The notes under the pieces are model-generated. The model made no database searches, was not told the origin of the DNA, and saw only the letters and a list, made by a program, of their open reading frames with translations. From assembly GCA_001599295.1 (NCBI GenBank), contig BCGN01000007.1:198433-262432 (forward strand): a DNA stretch of 64,000 nucleotides, in the 5' to 3' direction. Origin of the DNA: Sporopachydermia quercuum. Its lineage: Eukaryota. The translations under genes and the position numbers were made by a program. Positions 26,780-39,520 of the stretch are shown here, piece by piece; the first letter of the stretch is position 1; every line of letters starts with the position of its first letter.

Positions 26780-29700
26780 TCAACTACCCATTCCAGCCAT
26801 CTCAATCAAGCTATCAATGGTCTTACTACACATTTCATCATCGTGTGTTGATGCCAAATCCTGTAAACCAGTATTCACTACATCAATCACATCTTTTCCA
26901 TCATAAATACGATGGATCATAGGCTTCGAAGATGCATATAGTTTCCGAGATAATAATAAGGTTACCCGTGGATCAGTAAGAGATCTTACGAGTACCAGTT
27001 CTTTGATCTCCCGAATCCTCAATGATACAAATATTGTTCTAGAAACAACAGAGAAACCTTCAACGTCTAAATCGATATCAGAATGAGTCCAATGCGATAA
27101 TTCCTTACGATGGATCTTACTCATTTCTCTTTCGCCTTCATTTCCATTGACTGTCCTCAATCCTCTAATTTCTGCTTCTAATTCATCCACTGGGTCTTTC
27201 TCTACTATATATTTCTCGTCGAATTTCATGGCATCAACAACTCGGTCTTCAAGATTAGCAATACCTAAAGGGCAAGCTTGTAACGACATTTCTGGAAGGA
27301 AATCTGAAACGTATCCGCATAATGGAGGCAAAGTGACTGACTTGCTAGTATTCTTAGTATTTGCGGTAGAATTGAAAAGAGGTTGATTGTTCTTTCCATC
27401 GACTAGTAAACAGACTTCATGTTCTTTAGCCGGGTTGTAAGCAAGTTTTATAGTGATAGGAAGCTCATCAGCAAAAATATTAGCAAACAAATCATTACTA
27501 AGAGAATGATAGTCTATCTTCTTGATCAAATCAGTACTAACTGGAATATCTGGTGCGCAAACCATGGAACTTCTTGGAGAATCAAACGGAACGCCTGACT
27601 TCGATATACCAAAGCCTATAGTAGAATTTGATGATGTTTCAAACATTTCATTGGGAAATACATCTGCTAATGAAGTTTTCCTGCCTGAGAGGTCAACTGA
27701 TGATGATGTACGGAATAATTGTGTAGAACTGCTGCTTCTACGTATAGACTCTTCAGTATCGGCGAAAGCACCTGCAGAAACTTCTTCTTTGAAGAAATCA
27801 TCTTCAGGACGCCAATAGCTGTGAAATGAACTTGTAAGATTCGCAACAGATGCTGAGGGTGATGATGTATCACTACCTTGACGCCTTTTAGTCGTTCTAT
27901 ACTTCAACTGATCTAATGCTGATTTATGCTTATTCCAAGAATAAGTTGAGAATAAATCTGATGATGATAAACTAGAAGATAGATGACCGAGGAAGCTTTG
28001 AGATGAATCTGAAAAGTTCTCTGTTATTGGTGTAGCCGCTTTCAAACTATTGGCATAGCTGTTGGTGATATACGTGGTATTCTTTCTTGGGATATCCCAG
28101 CCTTTAGACGACAGCCCACTGTGAGCCAGGGTAGGTGACTTTCCCGGTTTGATAAAACCAGAAGGATCAGAAATAGTTTTTGGAGGTGGAAGAGAGCTAC
28201 TATTGTTAGTTGTGCTTAGAAGTGAATCCCCAGTACTAGTATCAATATGAGTTGTAGCATTAGAGCTAGATATCTGATTACTTGATGCAACATTCTCAGC
28301 AGGATTCTCAGATTCAGTGATGGTATTATCACCTGTTGATTCTGATCTGAAAGAACCAGAAATGAAACATGAAAGAATGAAAATCAACCTTCTGGCAACA
28401 TACGGATTGCCAGTATGAATAACTACTCTAGTAACAGGTTTCACTTCACCATTGATCAACTGTCGTCTCCGTGTAGGTTTTTCTGTCAATGCTTCACGGC
28501 TACGCAGTATAATGTATGTTAATGAAGCCAGAAACCGAGTGGAAGAAGCAAAGGATCCTATTCCTCTTCCATCTTTGTTCTCAAGCCACATGGATATCTC
28601 ATCTGATAGTTTAGCCAGGTTTCTTTTCCCGCATAGAATCCTTGGGATACAAGAAATGCTTAAAATATCAAATCTCAGCTTGTCCGTTGTATTCTGAAGT
28701 CTGTCGTCAAACATAAGACTGCCTGGGATCACGTGAGTTCTGGAGGAGTCCCTTGGAGAACCTGTATTAGCTCTCCAGCCTCTTGGATTGAACCCAGGTG
28801 ATCCCGGAGCTGCGAATACAGCGCTGGAATTGAATCCTCCACTAGCTTGACCTTGGTGCTGACTTCGGTTTGAGTTTTCTTGCATAAGTTTCTGTAAGAT
28901 TGGTTTTACCTCTAGTTCTACTTTGGTCATAGCAGCTTCGAGTTCTTCCCAATTGTCATGCAACACTGTTTTAACGTCATTAGGTGATAACGATATCATT
29001 ATTCCAACGGCAAATTTATGTCCCGAAGATGTTTCAGGAAGAATATGACACGATTTGGGATTCCATAGCGCTTCATACGTTTTATGCGTACTATTGCTAT
29101 TATATAAACTAGGGGTAGAAGCTTTTGATGATTTCAGGTATTCATTGTTCCTAGAATCATCAATATGGTCATTGGATGATTTAGAGAACAAGTTTGAATA
29201 CAAACTGGTGAATTTGCTAGGACTTGTAGAATCACCATCAGAACGGTCATGGAACGTGTTATCAAGAGTGAATCCTGATTCAGGATATTTAGAAATATCA
29301 ACGGAAAACAGTCTTGTGATAAGAAAGTTCCTTCTTCTATTGGAATATCCAGACTGAATCCCGGAATTGGTGTTAGGTAGTTCATGAACTTTCACGATAC
29401 TCCCAGAAGAACTGCATGGGACTGTGCCAAACATATAATCCAGTAGCATTTGATGCTTGATGCTACCTGGGTAAGGTGGGATAACAAATGAGGTATTGCA
29501 GGAAGAAAAATAACTGCCATTAGGTCTTGCTAATAGTTTCCTCTGCTCTGGTATACTATTATGACGACCTGTTGATAAACCTNATGGCCCTAGACCAATG
29601 ACTAAGTCACTTGAATTGGAAGTGAAAGAGTTATTGGTAAAAGTGCTCTGATTGGACTTTCCTGAATAGTTTTCCGATGCGCTAGGTGCTTTAGCTATTT

Positions 29701-30178
29701 GGCGTGATCGAATGGCGTTGGAATCAAAAATAGGACATCGTGAGTTATCTGCAAAGGAATCTTGACATACAACAACCCGTATGTCAGTTAAAGGATCAAT
29801 TCTTGGTGTAGAAAGATATGGCGTGCCGTATAATAAACATCTGGTGTTAGTATCTTCAAATTGTGCTGCTGCAGAAACAGAACTGGCAGTAGGTGTTGTA
29901 GATAGAGTAAGACCATTTAAATCATCATTTGGATAAACTGAATGGGACTGATTTTGATTAGGCGTATGGCTATAGGTGTAGCTTTGATTATGGCCCGAGC
30001 CATAGCCACCTTGAGATTTAGGACTGTTAGGGGTTATCATAGATACTTCATATAATCGAGGAGATGATATAGAGTCCGGATAAGATTGTTTCCTGGATTC
30101 TGAATTGATATTGGAAGCGCAACCAGTAGATGTACGGCTTTTAGAGCTATGTGAACTTGAAAAAAGTCTTCCAAGCAT
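26780..30178 (-). CDS. LST4: Lst4/FNIP-like subunit of the Lst4-Lst7 GAP complex (TORC1 signalling)
   Basis: 1132 aa starting MLGRLF, with IRVVVCQD, LLDYMFG, FLITRLFSV, KFAVGIMI and VTRVVIHTGNPYVARRLIFILSCFI, as recalled for fungal Lst4/FNIP longin-DENN proteins. Confidence 0.75.
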   Translation of the reverse strand: MLGRLFSSSHSSKSRTSTGCASNINSESRKQSYPDSISSPRLYEVSMITPNSPKSQGGYGSGHNQSYTYSHTPNQNQSHSVYPNDDLNGLTLSTTPTASSVSAAAQFEDTNTRCLLYGTPYLSTPRIDPLTDIRVVVCQDSFADNSRCPIFDSNAIRSRQIAKAPSASENYSGKSNQSTFTNNSFTSNSSDLVIGLGPXGLSTGRHNSIPEQRKLLARPNGSYFSSCNTSFVIPPYPGSIKHQMLLDYMFGTVPCSSSGSIVKVHELPNTNSGIQSGYSNRRRNFLITRLFSVDISKYPESGFTLDNTFHDRSDGDSTSPSKFTSLYSNLFSKSSNDHIDDSRNNEYLKSSKASTPSLYNSNSTHKTYEALWNPKSCHILPETSSGHKFAVGIMISLSPNDVKTVLHDNWEELEAAMTKVELEVKPILQKLMQENSNRSQHQGQASGGFNSSAVFAAPGSPGFNPRGWRANTGSPRDSSRTHVIPGSLMFDDRLQNTTDKLRFDILSISCIPRILCGKRNLAKLSDEISMWLENKDGRGIGSFASSTRFLASLTYIILRSREALTEKPTRRRQLINGEVKPVTRVVIHTGNPYVARRLIFILSCFISGSFRSESTGDNTITESENPAENVASSNQISSSNATTHIDTSTGDSLLSTTNNSSSLPPPKTISDPSGFIKPGKSPTLAHSGLSSKGWDIPRKNTTYITNSYANSLKAATPITENFSDSSQSFLGHLSSSLSSSDLFSTYSWNKHKSALDQLKYRTTKRRQGSDTSSPSASVANLTSSFHSYWRPEDDFFKEEVSAGAFADTEESIRRSSSSTQLFRTSSSVDLSGRKTSLADVFPNEMFETSSNSTIGFGISKSGVPFDSPRSSMVCAPDIPVSTDLIKKIDYHSLSNDLFANIFADELPITIKLAYNPAKEHEVCLLVDGKNNQPLFNSTANTKNTSKSVTLPPLCGYVSDFLPEMSLQACPLGIANLEDRVVDAMKFDEKYIVEKDPVDELEAEIRGLRTVNGNEGEREMSKIHRKELSHWTHSDIDLDVEGFSVVSRTIFVSLRIREIKELVLVRSLTDPRVTLLLSRKLYASSKPMIHRIYDGKDVIDVVNTGLQDLASTHDDEMCSKTIDSLIEMAGMGS

Positions 30179-33177
30179 GATGCTATATGTGTCAGCGCTT
30201 CAGCTATCAGAGATCGAGACATGCAGATAATTAATACCTTCTGATCCTAAATCAAAAGCCATATGAAGGATTGGTAGCTGATACTATTCAATAGTAGATT
30301 CTTGAATTATTTGACTGGGAAGGAATAGGTGTACTTAACTAGCAATTGATCGAATCACCAATTAACAGAGCCGGTCTTCGCTTGTTGAACCTTCTGAAAG
30401 TAGCCCAATACTGTAACATTTACACAAGTACTGCACCATGACATGTAATGATTTGTTTAGAATCAATTAATAAGCAACTTTCCTTATAATACAATGCTGA
30501 CAAAANTAATGAACAGGACCACCTGTTGACACTTATTTTATCATTAGCAGACCACAACGCTAGATACCCTGCGTAAGAAATAGCAGCAAACTCTTCGCTA
30601 AAAACACACAACACTAACTCTTCTATCATTCAGCAAACCATCTCTAATTTGCTATGCTCTGTACAACTTCGTTTTCAAGTGAGTTTCCAGCTATTTTCTT
30701 TATTCTCTTCAATAAAATGCAACACAACACAACAAACGATCAACTGCTAAACTGACGATCAACTGAATCAATCCACTTATCGCTTTACCTGAGGTATGAT
30801 AAAGGTACTATCTAGCAGGTCGGAGCCTGAACCAATAGAGCTTCAACTACGCGTGAACGTTTCTTTGTTCTTGTGATAGTACATCAGCTTTCCATTCACC
30901 TGCCTAGTAATATTTATTCATTATTGATAAACCCAATTCTTGTCAATCTCTTATTTATCTATCAATAGAACCACACCTTCACCAGGAAGGGCGCTCTGTG
31001 AATAATGAATATGAATAAAATACTCTTGATTGCCTGCTTGGAGAGGGATTTCCTTGATTAGGAAGCTGTTCCGTTATTGAACTTAAGGTTTCGGTGTACG
31101 TAACGGCTTTGTGGTCGGATAGATTAACCTAATCAGAATCACCACAATGATGATGAGAATGAGAACGAGCAGAATAATTATCGGCCGGTTGGGATTATTA
31201 GAGCCGTTGATACAAATAAGAGCCATTAATATATACATCATAGTTTAGGCAATAAAATTCGGGAAATTTTGATAGAAGATGACAACTTCTTGAAAAACTA
31301 AAGCTGAAATCGAATACATTATATCATCATTCTTTTATATTCCATAGAGTACTAATTGACATTGCTTGAATAATGTTTGGTTCTAACAATAGAAGTATTT
31401 GGGGCAACTTTATTCCATTTATTATTTAGCGGTTAAAACTTTGCTTTGCATTACATTACAGAAAGGTGCAGATAATATTACGTACAAAGCTTTTCCTGAT
31501 ACAAATCATCCAATACAAAACTTCAGTTGTACGAATAAGTTTTCAANGGTACTATGTTGAAAATGAGGCTAAACTGATTCTCGGAATTCCTTTTAATAAG
31601 AATGATCAGACGAATCCCAATTGAAGATAAAGAAAAATGATCAACAGTTAGAATATTGTTGGAACTTATCTAGACTGATGGATTATATGTATTTTTGAAC
31701 TTACAAAGAGTTTGAGATAGGAGGCAGAAAAAGCGTAGGGAAAATGAAGAGGTTAATAAGGAGGTTTGAAGTAGCTTAGCTACCAAACAGAATAAACAAA
31801 ATGAACGAAAACAATAAAAGTAGATTGGACATCCATTTGAAAGTAATCGGGTAGAAAATAAAGCATTTCTAGATTGTAATTAACGTGCCTCCAAGAGCAA
31901 ATAATTCTTAACGTTATGCCGTGCAATCATTATTCTATGAGTATGTATCTTCATTATTTGCATATAGATGGAAAACTGTAGGTTCTTCTGATTTCAACAA
32001 TGGTCAGTCTGATATCGAGAACAATCTACTCTACATTAATTACTTGGCCCAGTTACCTTAGAGTTTCCTTGAATCACCTTGATTTCTCGTCTTTCTGATT
32101 AAAACTAATATATATCCCCCACAAAATAACATCATCATAAGGGTTGCTCTTGTCCAATCTGGCTTGAAGGATAAGATCCATTGGCTGTATTTGGAATCTC
32201 GTAGTTTTACTAATTTAGTGTTGTTCAACGGCTGAGAGTTATGCCACGAAAGTTTTGTCGGTTGACTTCAAATCAAACGAAATTCAGCCCAGACCTGGAT
32301 TATCCTGAGTCACTCCTACATTACTAAGTTCTTTAAATGATTAAACATTTCTAAGGGTCTGCATGGTTCAGTAAATGCTGAACAGTTAGTTATTGGTATT
32401 TNTGATACGTTTTCTCTTTTTAGACTAGCCTTGAATTATGTAAATCACAATTTGTTCATTCCTATATTTTTTCAAAGAGCCGTGCTGCACCAATAAAAAC
32501 TCCTCCAGTTTTTTGGAATATTCGCTTTAGAAAGTTTTAATCGTGCTAGCATGTTGATGGGCTGGGGCTCATTCATAACCCTCTTTACTTATGTACCTTT
32601 TTCATTTAAACGGATACTCCAGTTGTAGGTGAGGACGGTAAATCCCATGATTTGAGAGCTGCTCCATTGATATAGTATCTACTTTATCTGGGAATATCAG
32701 ACTTTATTGTCGTTCTGCCTTTGAATGTTTGTTGAAAATAGGCAGCCTTTGAATGGCTGATTGGAAGAGAAAGAATTTAGTTGCTCTATTCGAAATCGTG
32801 CATTTTAATGCATAGTAATACATGTTTGGTGCATGTTGCTGCATGTTAGTTAGAAGTTCAGAGAATAAGTAGAGAAATGTTTAATAATAATTAATAGTAG
32901 GCTTACAGATAAGAAAACGAACCAGAGCATTAAAATAGTAGAGAAAGAACCTTTCTGTTTTGAATTATTAATAAAAAAAATTTATACTTAGGAGGAACAA
33001 ACTCAGTTCAGAGCAGAAAGTTTTCCCTACAATACTAGCAACCATTGCAATGAATAATATAATATAGAGCTTCAATTTGCATCTACTCGACATCAATGAA
33101 TACCAATCATCTCACATAATTATACAGATATATTTACATTTATTATCTGAATCAACAAAGTCTGTAATGGCAAGCCT

Positions 33178-34173
33178 TCACTCTTTCCAACCATAAGTAG
33201 CTGCCAATTTTCTTGCTAGATACTCTTTAGCAGTCAAAGTTGTTTTCTCGCTATTGGCACCTCTTCCAGTAACAGATCTTGTAATATCTGATGGAACTGG
33301 AACTAAAGGTACATCATCCTCTGGTTGACAGAAAAACACAATACTGTATCTATCTTTACCAGATTCTTGAACCTCTTTAGGGAACTTTACTCTGTGAATA
33401 GTGGATTTTAGTATACCAGAAGTCCAGTAAGATAACATATCTCCAATATTCATAACAATCGGTGGGGCCATTCCCTGTTTGTCAGTGCCAACAAAAGGTA
33501 CAGGAGTCCATTTTCTAGTAATAGGTGAAAAGATTTCTAATCCTTCTTCACCCTCCTTTTGAAATAATAGAGTAATTGAACCATAATCAGTATGAGCACC
33601 AGCTCTGATCTGTTCCTCTGGATCAGCTTTCTTTTGACCTGGGTAATGTAATAATCGAAAAACCGAACCACTTGGTTCCTGTGGATTATGTCTAGCCGGT
33701 AGCCATTGAGCTCCACCTTCTGTTTCATCAACTTTGAGACCCATTGACAACAATGTCAACACTTTCAAGTACAACGCTTGGAATTTTCTAACAAGGCTTA
33801 TCACTTGCTCTTTTCTTTCGTCAAAATATGTTGGTAAAGGATGATCAGGTATACCGTTGAGCAAAAGACCAAAATTGAATGCTTCCTTAGGATCACCTTT
33901 TGAAGAGTATGATTGAGGATCCAATGCTTCATGGTTCATAGAGCAATAACCTGCATTGTTGCTTGAAATAGGATACCCGTTCTTCTGTTCAAAAGGTAAC
34001 TCGAAAAAATGTCGAGATAGTTCAAAGGCGTCTTTGACTTCCTCCTGGGTAAAGTCATGACCATCTAAGAATAAGAAGCCAGATGTTGATGCTCCTTCAA
34101 GCATTTGATCTGCCGTGGTTTGATCGACTGTGCTGATATCAACCACGGGAATAGGAATGTCGACCGTTGGCAT
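33178..34173 (-). CDS. 2OG-Fe(II) oxygenase, isopenicillin N synthase-like (DIOX_N) family
   Basis: IPVVDIS, GDPKEAFNF, FRLLHYP, RAGAHTDYGSITLLFQ (HxD), KSTIHRV and RYSIVFF (RxS). Confidence 0.9.
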   Translation of the reverse strand: MPTVDIPIPVVDISTVDQTTADQMLEGASTSGFLFLDGHDFTQEEVKDAFELSRHFFELPFEQKNGYPISSNNAGYCSMNHEALDPQSYSSKGDPKEAFNFGLLLNGIPDHPLPTYFDERKEQVISLVRKFQALYLKVLTLLSMGLKVDETEGGAQWLPARHNPQEPSGSVFRLLHYPGQKKADPEEQIRAGAHTDYGSITLLFQKEGEEGLEIFSPITRKWTPVPFVGTDKQGMAPPIVMNIGDMLSYWTSGILKSTIHRVKFPKEVQESGKDRYSIVFFCQPEDDVPLVPVPSDITRSVTGRGANSEKTTLTAKEYLARKLAATYGWKE

Positions 34174-36513
34174 TTTGATGATGTAAATATTTGATGATTA
34201 CCTTAATGTTTAGGAGGTCTCTGCCGATTCTTGTTGAATTTTTAATGCCAGCTGTCGAAATGAAAACACTACAACCTGGTTAGATAGGCACTGATTTAAT
34301 GACCTTACAGATGATTTCTCTTCCGTTGCTTTTCTATCAAAGACTGATTATCAAAACTGTACCTAGTGCTATAACTCTTACTGAATCTTCTAAGGAGAAC
34401 AGCAAATATTCTTGTTTTCCAAAGGTTATTCTTTCCATTAATTACATTGCTCTATGATGATCTCTGAGGCATCGAATTCAATGATGAAATACTCCGCTTG
34501 GTTATCTGATGATTTAAAGTTAAGGAAATAGGTTGTCTATTGAATTAGGTTTCAGTATCCTCATTTTGAATTAACGTTCAACTCTTGCATAATTATGCGT
34601 TAAGTACGGAACAAAGAGCTGTGAGATGAGAGAAGCTTTTGTTATTGCACGTAGTATTAGTTTATTTACCATGGAAACCAATAAAAATTATCAAAAAGTA
34701 AACAAGAATCTAACGGAAGAAATGACTCGGAATACGAGAATTCTAGAGCATTGTTCCAGCTAGCAAAAATGATTGCTTGGATTATGCTTTCGAAATAAAA
34801 CTTGTAGATAAAAGGACTGAGATCATGATCAAATATGCCTTCGATGAGTTTCAGGTAAGTTGCTGATTAGCTCTTGATTTGAAAGGATAAGGCTTAGGAA
34901 ATCGGCAAACGACTTCTATTATTACTTGAATATTGACAATAGTTGTTAATTCCGTCAGTAAGCCTCATAGTTTATAGCAGTAGAAGAGCTTTGGGATCAC
35001 TTTATACTATATGCTCGGTGAGAATTGTCTATGTATGTAGGTAACCTTATCACAAAATGAGTTAAATACTATCTTTCAGTTGNTATTCTTAAAATATTCA
35101 TTTTCAAAGTCAAGTATATACTCTGGCTTTACCAGAAAATGATATTATAGCACTTATCTTCTTATATTCCCATCTTCCAAGAGTAGATGGAAGCTACCCG
35201 GTTTCCTATCAATTATTTCCTAATTTGGACTACTAGTTTTTCTCTAGGGGAAACCTTAAATATAGGAAAACGGTATATGCCGTCCTCTAATGCTAGATGG
35301 GAACTGAATCGAACGGACAAAGTAAAAACCATTTGATGGCTAAAAACAAACGGTTTCTATGAATGAACGTCAAGCATGTCACACCCAGGATCAGTTTATT
35401 TAGCACACTTACTGGAATCTTGTAGGTTGTAAACAGATATCAATGACTATATACAGATCAACGGGCTCATGTTTGGAGTACATGTCACATCTAGTTCTTC
35501 ATTCTTGTTAAAGCTCCAAAGCATTCAATAACACTTCCTCATTATATCTTTTCCCTTCTATTGGAGAAGCATTTATCTTTTATAAGTTCCAACTACTAGA
35601 AAAGAAGAAGAAAAACAAATGTTCCTCATATTTCTCAAGCACATCGAATGAAGAATTCAAGTCTACATCTGGAAATCTTATAGGACCAACTCTAAATCTT
35701 TCTTTCCAAGAAGGGTTGGACAATGAAAAGGAGAATAGAAACCCTAATGGACGAAAAAAAGGTTTTAGAATATTTCTGGCCTATTTCACCAGGAGTTCAT
35801 CGTAAAGGTAGTTTAGTTGTTCATTAATTTATTACTTGGTCTCATTTTTCCGTCATCACATTCAGATTCACTTGTCGCCAAACTTCCTACTTCATATCCC
35901 TTCAGTATATTTCTTCCACCGCCAAAAACACTCTCACAACCTTTTTTTTTGGATTTTCTACATACACCTAAACCATAGTGATATCTTCCAAATATATGCA
36001 TAGTCAGCAACTATAAACCATAAAACACTGGATCACTGACTCTACATCCTCATCTCTCTCATCGATCCACCCACTCACTTCCCCAGATGTCCTGAACCAC
36101 CCCCTTAACGCATCCAAACACCTATTTCTTTCCGTATCCAGATGTACCTTAAGACAAACCCCAAAATCCCAATTCGGTAATCTCCAGTAAAAGCAAAACT
36201 GTTGGCAGATTTTCACAAAACCATAATTCAATCTCCAGTGTTCACAAACTGACCAAAACACATCTGGTGCTCTTTTCTGCTTATAAGCAACAGTGAGTGA
36301 TACTATTATGTATTGATGGACTGNTTAGCTATCACTACCTTACCTAAGCAGTTGTTTATTTGCTAGCTGGCAGATTACCTTTTTCCCTGGATTTCATAGA
36401 TACGTCCAAATCCACTCTCAATAACGAGCAATTGAAGTGATTGAAAGATATACCTTTGGTAATAGTCAGTTGAGAGAATTACCAACATAAGCAATCATAC
36501 AACCGCACGCACA

Positions 36514-38871
36514 ATGCCGATTCGGGTTTTAGACTACTATTGTGCAGAACGATCGTTTCTACAGAATGGATTACCATTTGACGCGTTAACAGGTTCTAGG
36601 TTGGGAATCGATGTTGATTACTATCTATCACGACTTTTAGCCCCTAAGAAAGAGGTTCATTTGGACGCCATTGGTGGTTTTCCTTTAACTGTGAAACTTT
36701 ATATTGAGTCAGATCTCAGTACATTTGAAGCTTATGATATTACACCAGTATTTGTATTCAAGGGAATCAATATTGTTCCTAGCCAGAAGAATTTCGCTGA
36801 TATGGAATCAGCAATTAATAAAAGACGCCGAACGTGGGACACTTATTATAACTCATATCATAACTCGATGAATAGTATCGATAGAAAGATAATGACCGAA
36901 TCATTCAAAGAAAGTCATAGTGTACCTCAAGCAAGATCATATTTTACAGAACTAATGGAAATTTTCCATGAACGAAATGTCGATTATATAGTAGCACCTT
37001 ATGCCTCATCGGCTCAACTTGTTTATATGCTGAAATCAGATCAACAGTATATTGATGCAATTTATGGCCCACCAGAATGTTTCTTATATGGAGCAGATAA
37101 ATTATTACTATCCGTTGATATCACTGCTAAGATGTTCAGATGGATTGCACTAAATTCTTTATTGCAAGACTTAAATTTCACCAAAGACCAATTTGAAGCA
37201 GCATTTATTGTCAGTGGATCTGATTTGAATAAAAACAGTACATTTCCTTACTTTGATCAACAACTAAATATACCAGGAGGTTCATATGTTTCACCTTTGA
37301 AAATCTGCCAAGACGTTATCAACATAGGTGGATCTATTCTAGGTACATTGGCATCGATTCCAGAATCCAATGAAGCTGTGGACGAGTTTCAAGCATTAAT
37401 GGCAGCCTCCAAATTTATGCCAATACTCGACGACAGAGGATCAGTGAATTTACTGTCACAGGCACTATTTGATGACGGTGCTAGAACAAGCAGTAGAGAG
37501 GAAAATGGTCAATCACCTAAACCAACAAATGTCGCAGCTAGTAAATCACCCGAAGCTATCGGCAGTACTGGGAAGATCTCTTCTGATAATGACGAAGAGG
37601 AAGAGGAAAAGATTCCTAATGATCTATACAAAGTTTTAGGACAAAGATTACCTCACGAATTATATTTTTATCTTTCTGTTGGTCTAATAAGACCTCATTA
37701 TCTTGAGGCAGTAGTCTCAGGTGAACTTAAAGATTTTGCTCCATTGGATGGTGGAAGATCAACCGAGTATCAGAAATATGTTGCGTCAACACTGAAAATC
37801 AAAAGCCAAACTCTATCTTTACTAATCCAGTTTCTACCAAGATATTATCAATACAAAACATACACTAACCAACTATGGTTTGATTCCAACAATCCAAAAG
37901 AGCTAATAACAAAAATCACACCATCCATCTTCAATCAAGTAAGATCCTGGTTAATTAGGGACAAGTTTTTTGATGGTAAAGCATCAAATTTTAATGCCTT
38001 CTCTATTCCGTTACTTGTGACTAATCTCCTAGACAACGATTTTGCCTTAAAGACCATTTCCAAAAAACCAGAACCTGGTAAATCTGTAGAGAAGTTGGAA
38101 TCCCAACAAGAAATACTGAACAGTGCTTTAGGTAGGTTCTTACAACTGAACGAATATGCTGACCCAAATGACCATAAACTGATTGGATGGGGAAAAGTTC
38201 TAGCCTATGGTATCGACAATGATACTAATGAATTCACTGAAGAACTTCTTTGTTTTATTGGCTTACTATCTAAGAAAGCTTTAAATTTAGCAAACCCTTT
38301 TACTACAAATATTCCAGGATCGCCAAAATCTGGGTCCGATGAAGAAAATAAATTCATCACTACCATTTCACGGTTGGCTTGTTTCCTCAGTATTCATATC
38401 AAATCTATGAACTATTATGGACCTTTGAATCTGAGTCTTTTAGCCTTCCGAAGTTTCATTGAATATGAATCATTTTTACAAAGGAGTATTTTTGAATCGC
38501 TTCTAGTTTCTTCACTAGCCAACGACGAAGCAGATAGATTCCGTAATAATTTGGCTTGGACCGACATAACGGCTAAGATTCCATTCAGGAAAACTACCCC
38601 GAATACAATCTTAGGTACTGCTGTGCAAATATATTTAGAAGCAGTTGTTCAAAAGGACCTGAACTCAGGAGCTGTGGAAATTGCAAAGAAGAAGTTAACT
38701 GACGTTTTCAATTCCGGTCCTGACGACCTTTTCAAGGATATAGCTCGAACCAAATCCTTTGTTGAGCTTGTTTCTAAAGTTACGACAAAGGCAGCTGATG
38801 ATGGGTTAATTGAGACCTCTATTAAGGATTCATTTGTTAATGCGGACAAATGGCTCTCAGAGAGGATTTAG
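36514..38871 (+). CDS. MKT1: Mkt1, XPG/FEN1-like PIN-domain post-transcriptional regulator
   Basis: LGIDVDYYLSRLL, DAIGGFP, ITPVFVFKG, YIVAPYASSAQLVYM, IPNDLYKVLGQRLPHELYFYLSVGLI and APLDGG. Confidence 0.88.
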   Translation: MPIRVLDYYCAERSFLQNGLPFDALTGSRLGIDVDYYLSRLLAPKKEVHLDAIGGFPLTVKLYIESDLSTFEAYDITPVFVFKGINIVPSQKNFADMESAINKRRRTWDTYYNSYHNSMNSIDRKIMTESFKESHSVPQARSYFTELMEIFHERNVDYIVAPYASSAQLVYMLKSDQQYIDAIYGPPECFLYGADKLLLSVDITAKMFRWIALNSLLQDLNFTKDQFEAAFIVSGSDLNKNSTFPYFDQQLNIPGGSYVSPLKICQDVINIGGSILGTLASIPESNEAVDEFQALMAASKFMPILDDRGSVNLLSQALFDDGARTSSREENGQSPKPTNVAASKSPEAIGSTGKISSDNDEEEEEKIPNDLYKVLGQRLPHELYFYLSVGLIRPHYLEAVVSGELKDFAPLDGGRSTEYQKYVASTLKIKSQTLSLLIQFLPRYYQYKTYTNQLWFDSNNPKELITKITPSIFNQVRSWLIRDKFFDGKASNFNAFSIPLLVTNLLDNDFALKTISKKPEPGKSVEKLESQQEILNSALGRFLQLNEYADPNDHKLIGWGKVLAYGIDNDTNEFTEELLCFIGLLSKKALNLANPFTTNIPGSPKSGSDEENKFITTISRLACFLSIHIKSMNYYGPLNLSLLAFRSFIEYESFLQRSIFESLLVSSLANDEADRFRNNLAWTDITAKIPFRKTTPNTILGTAVQIYLEAVVQKDLNSGAVEIAKKKLTDVFNSGPDDLFKDIARTKSFVELVSKVTTKAADDGLIETSIKDSFVNADKWLSERI

Positions 38872-39520
38872 CATAGATTTATCCTTGTACTGAAAGTGAA
38901 ATAATTCGACAGATAGAAATATTATGGGTTCCTTTCTCAATGATGTGATCAAACCGTAGAGACTGGTAATTGTTTTATCCCTAGATCGACTAGCATAGTA
39001 TCCACTATACTTGTTAATCACTGATTACTTCGAATTTATTACTATCATTCTTGTTCCCTTGTCAATCAATCTTCACTATCTATCATCCTACTAAACAATT
39101 GATACGGAATAGCAAATCAGTTGAACTCCTCTGACATTAAAATATATGATAAATTAAACATCCTCATCACCATTATTTCAGTAGTATCTTCATCATTCAT
39201 ACAGTTCATTTATACATTTGTCTATCATTTTGTCTATCCACTTATCTATCAATTCATTATTTCCTTATCAAAACCTCCGTAGTATTTAACATGTTGATAG
39301 CATCATGTCTCCTGTCAAACTGTAAGGAGACGCGACGTTTAGATTACCTTATTTTCTCCATCTGTTTTCTGTTACAGTGCGAATGTCACAAGCTTTCTCT
39401 GCAATTCTTCTATGTGTCTCTATATTGGAGATGACTAGGCATATATATCTATAAATCATGCAAACAGTGTAAACTTGTATATACATCCGCTTTTTGTTGG
39501 TCTCTTGAACCTAAACAAAA

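Noticed and set aside
35510..36261. Short ORFs and a start-less open frame upstream of MKT1
   Set aside because: No ATG or splice model joins them and no family is recognisable; a decayed remnant cannot be excluded without BLASTX.
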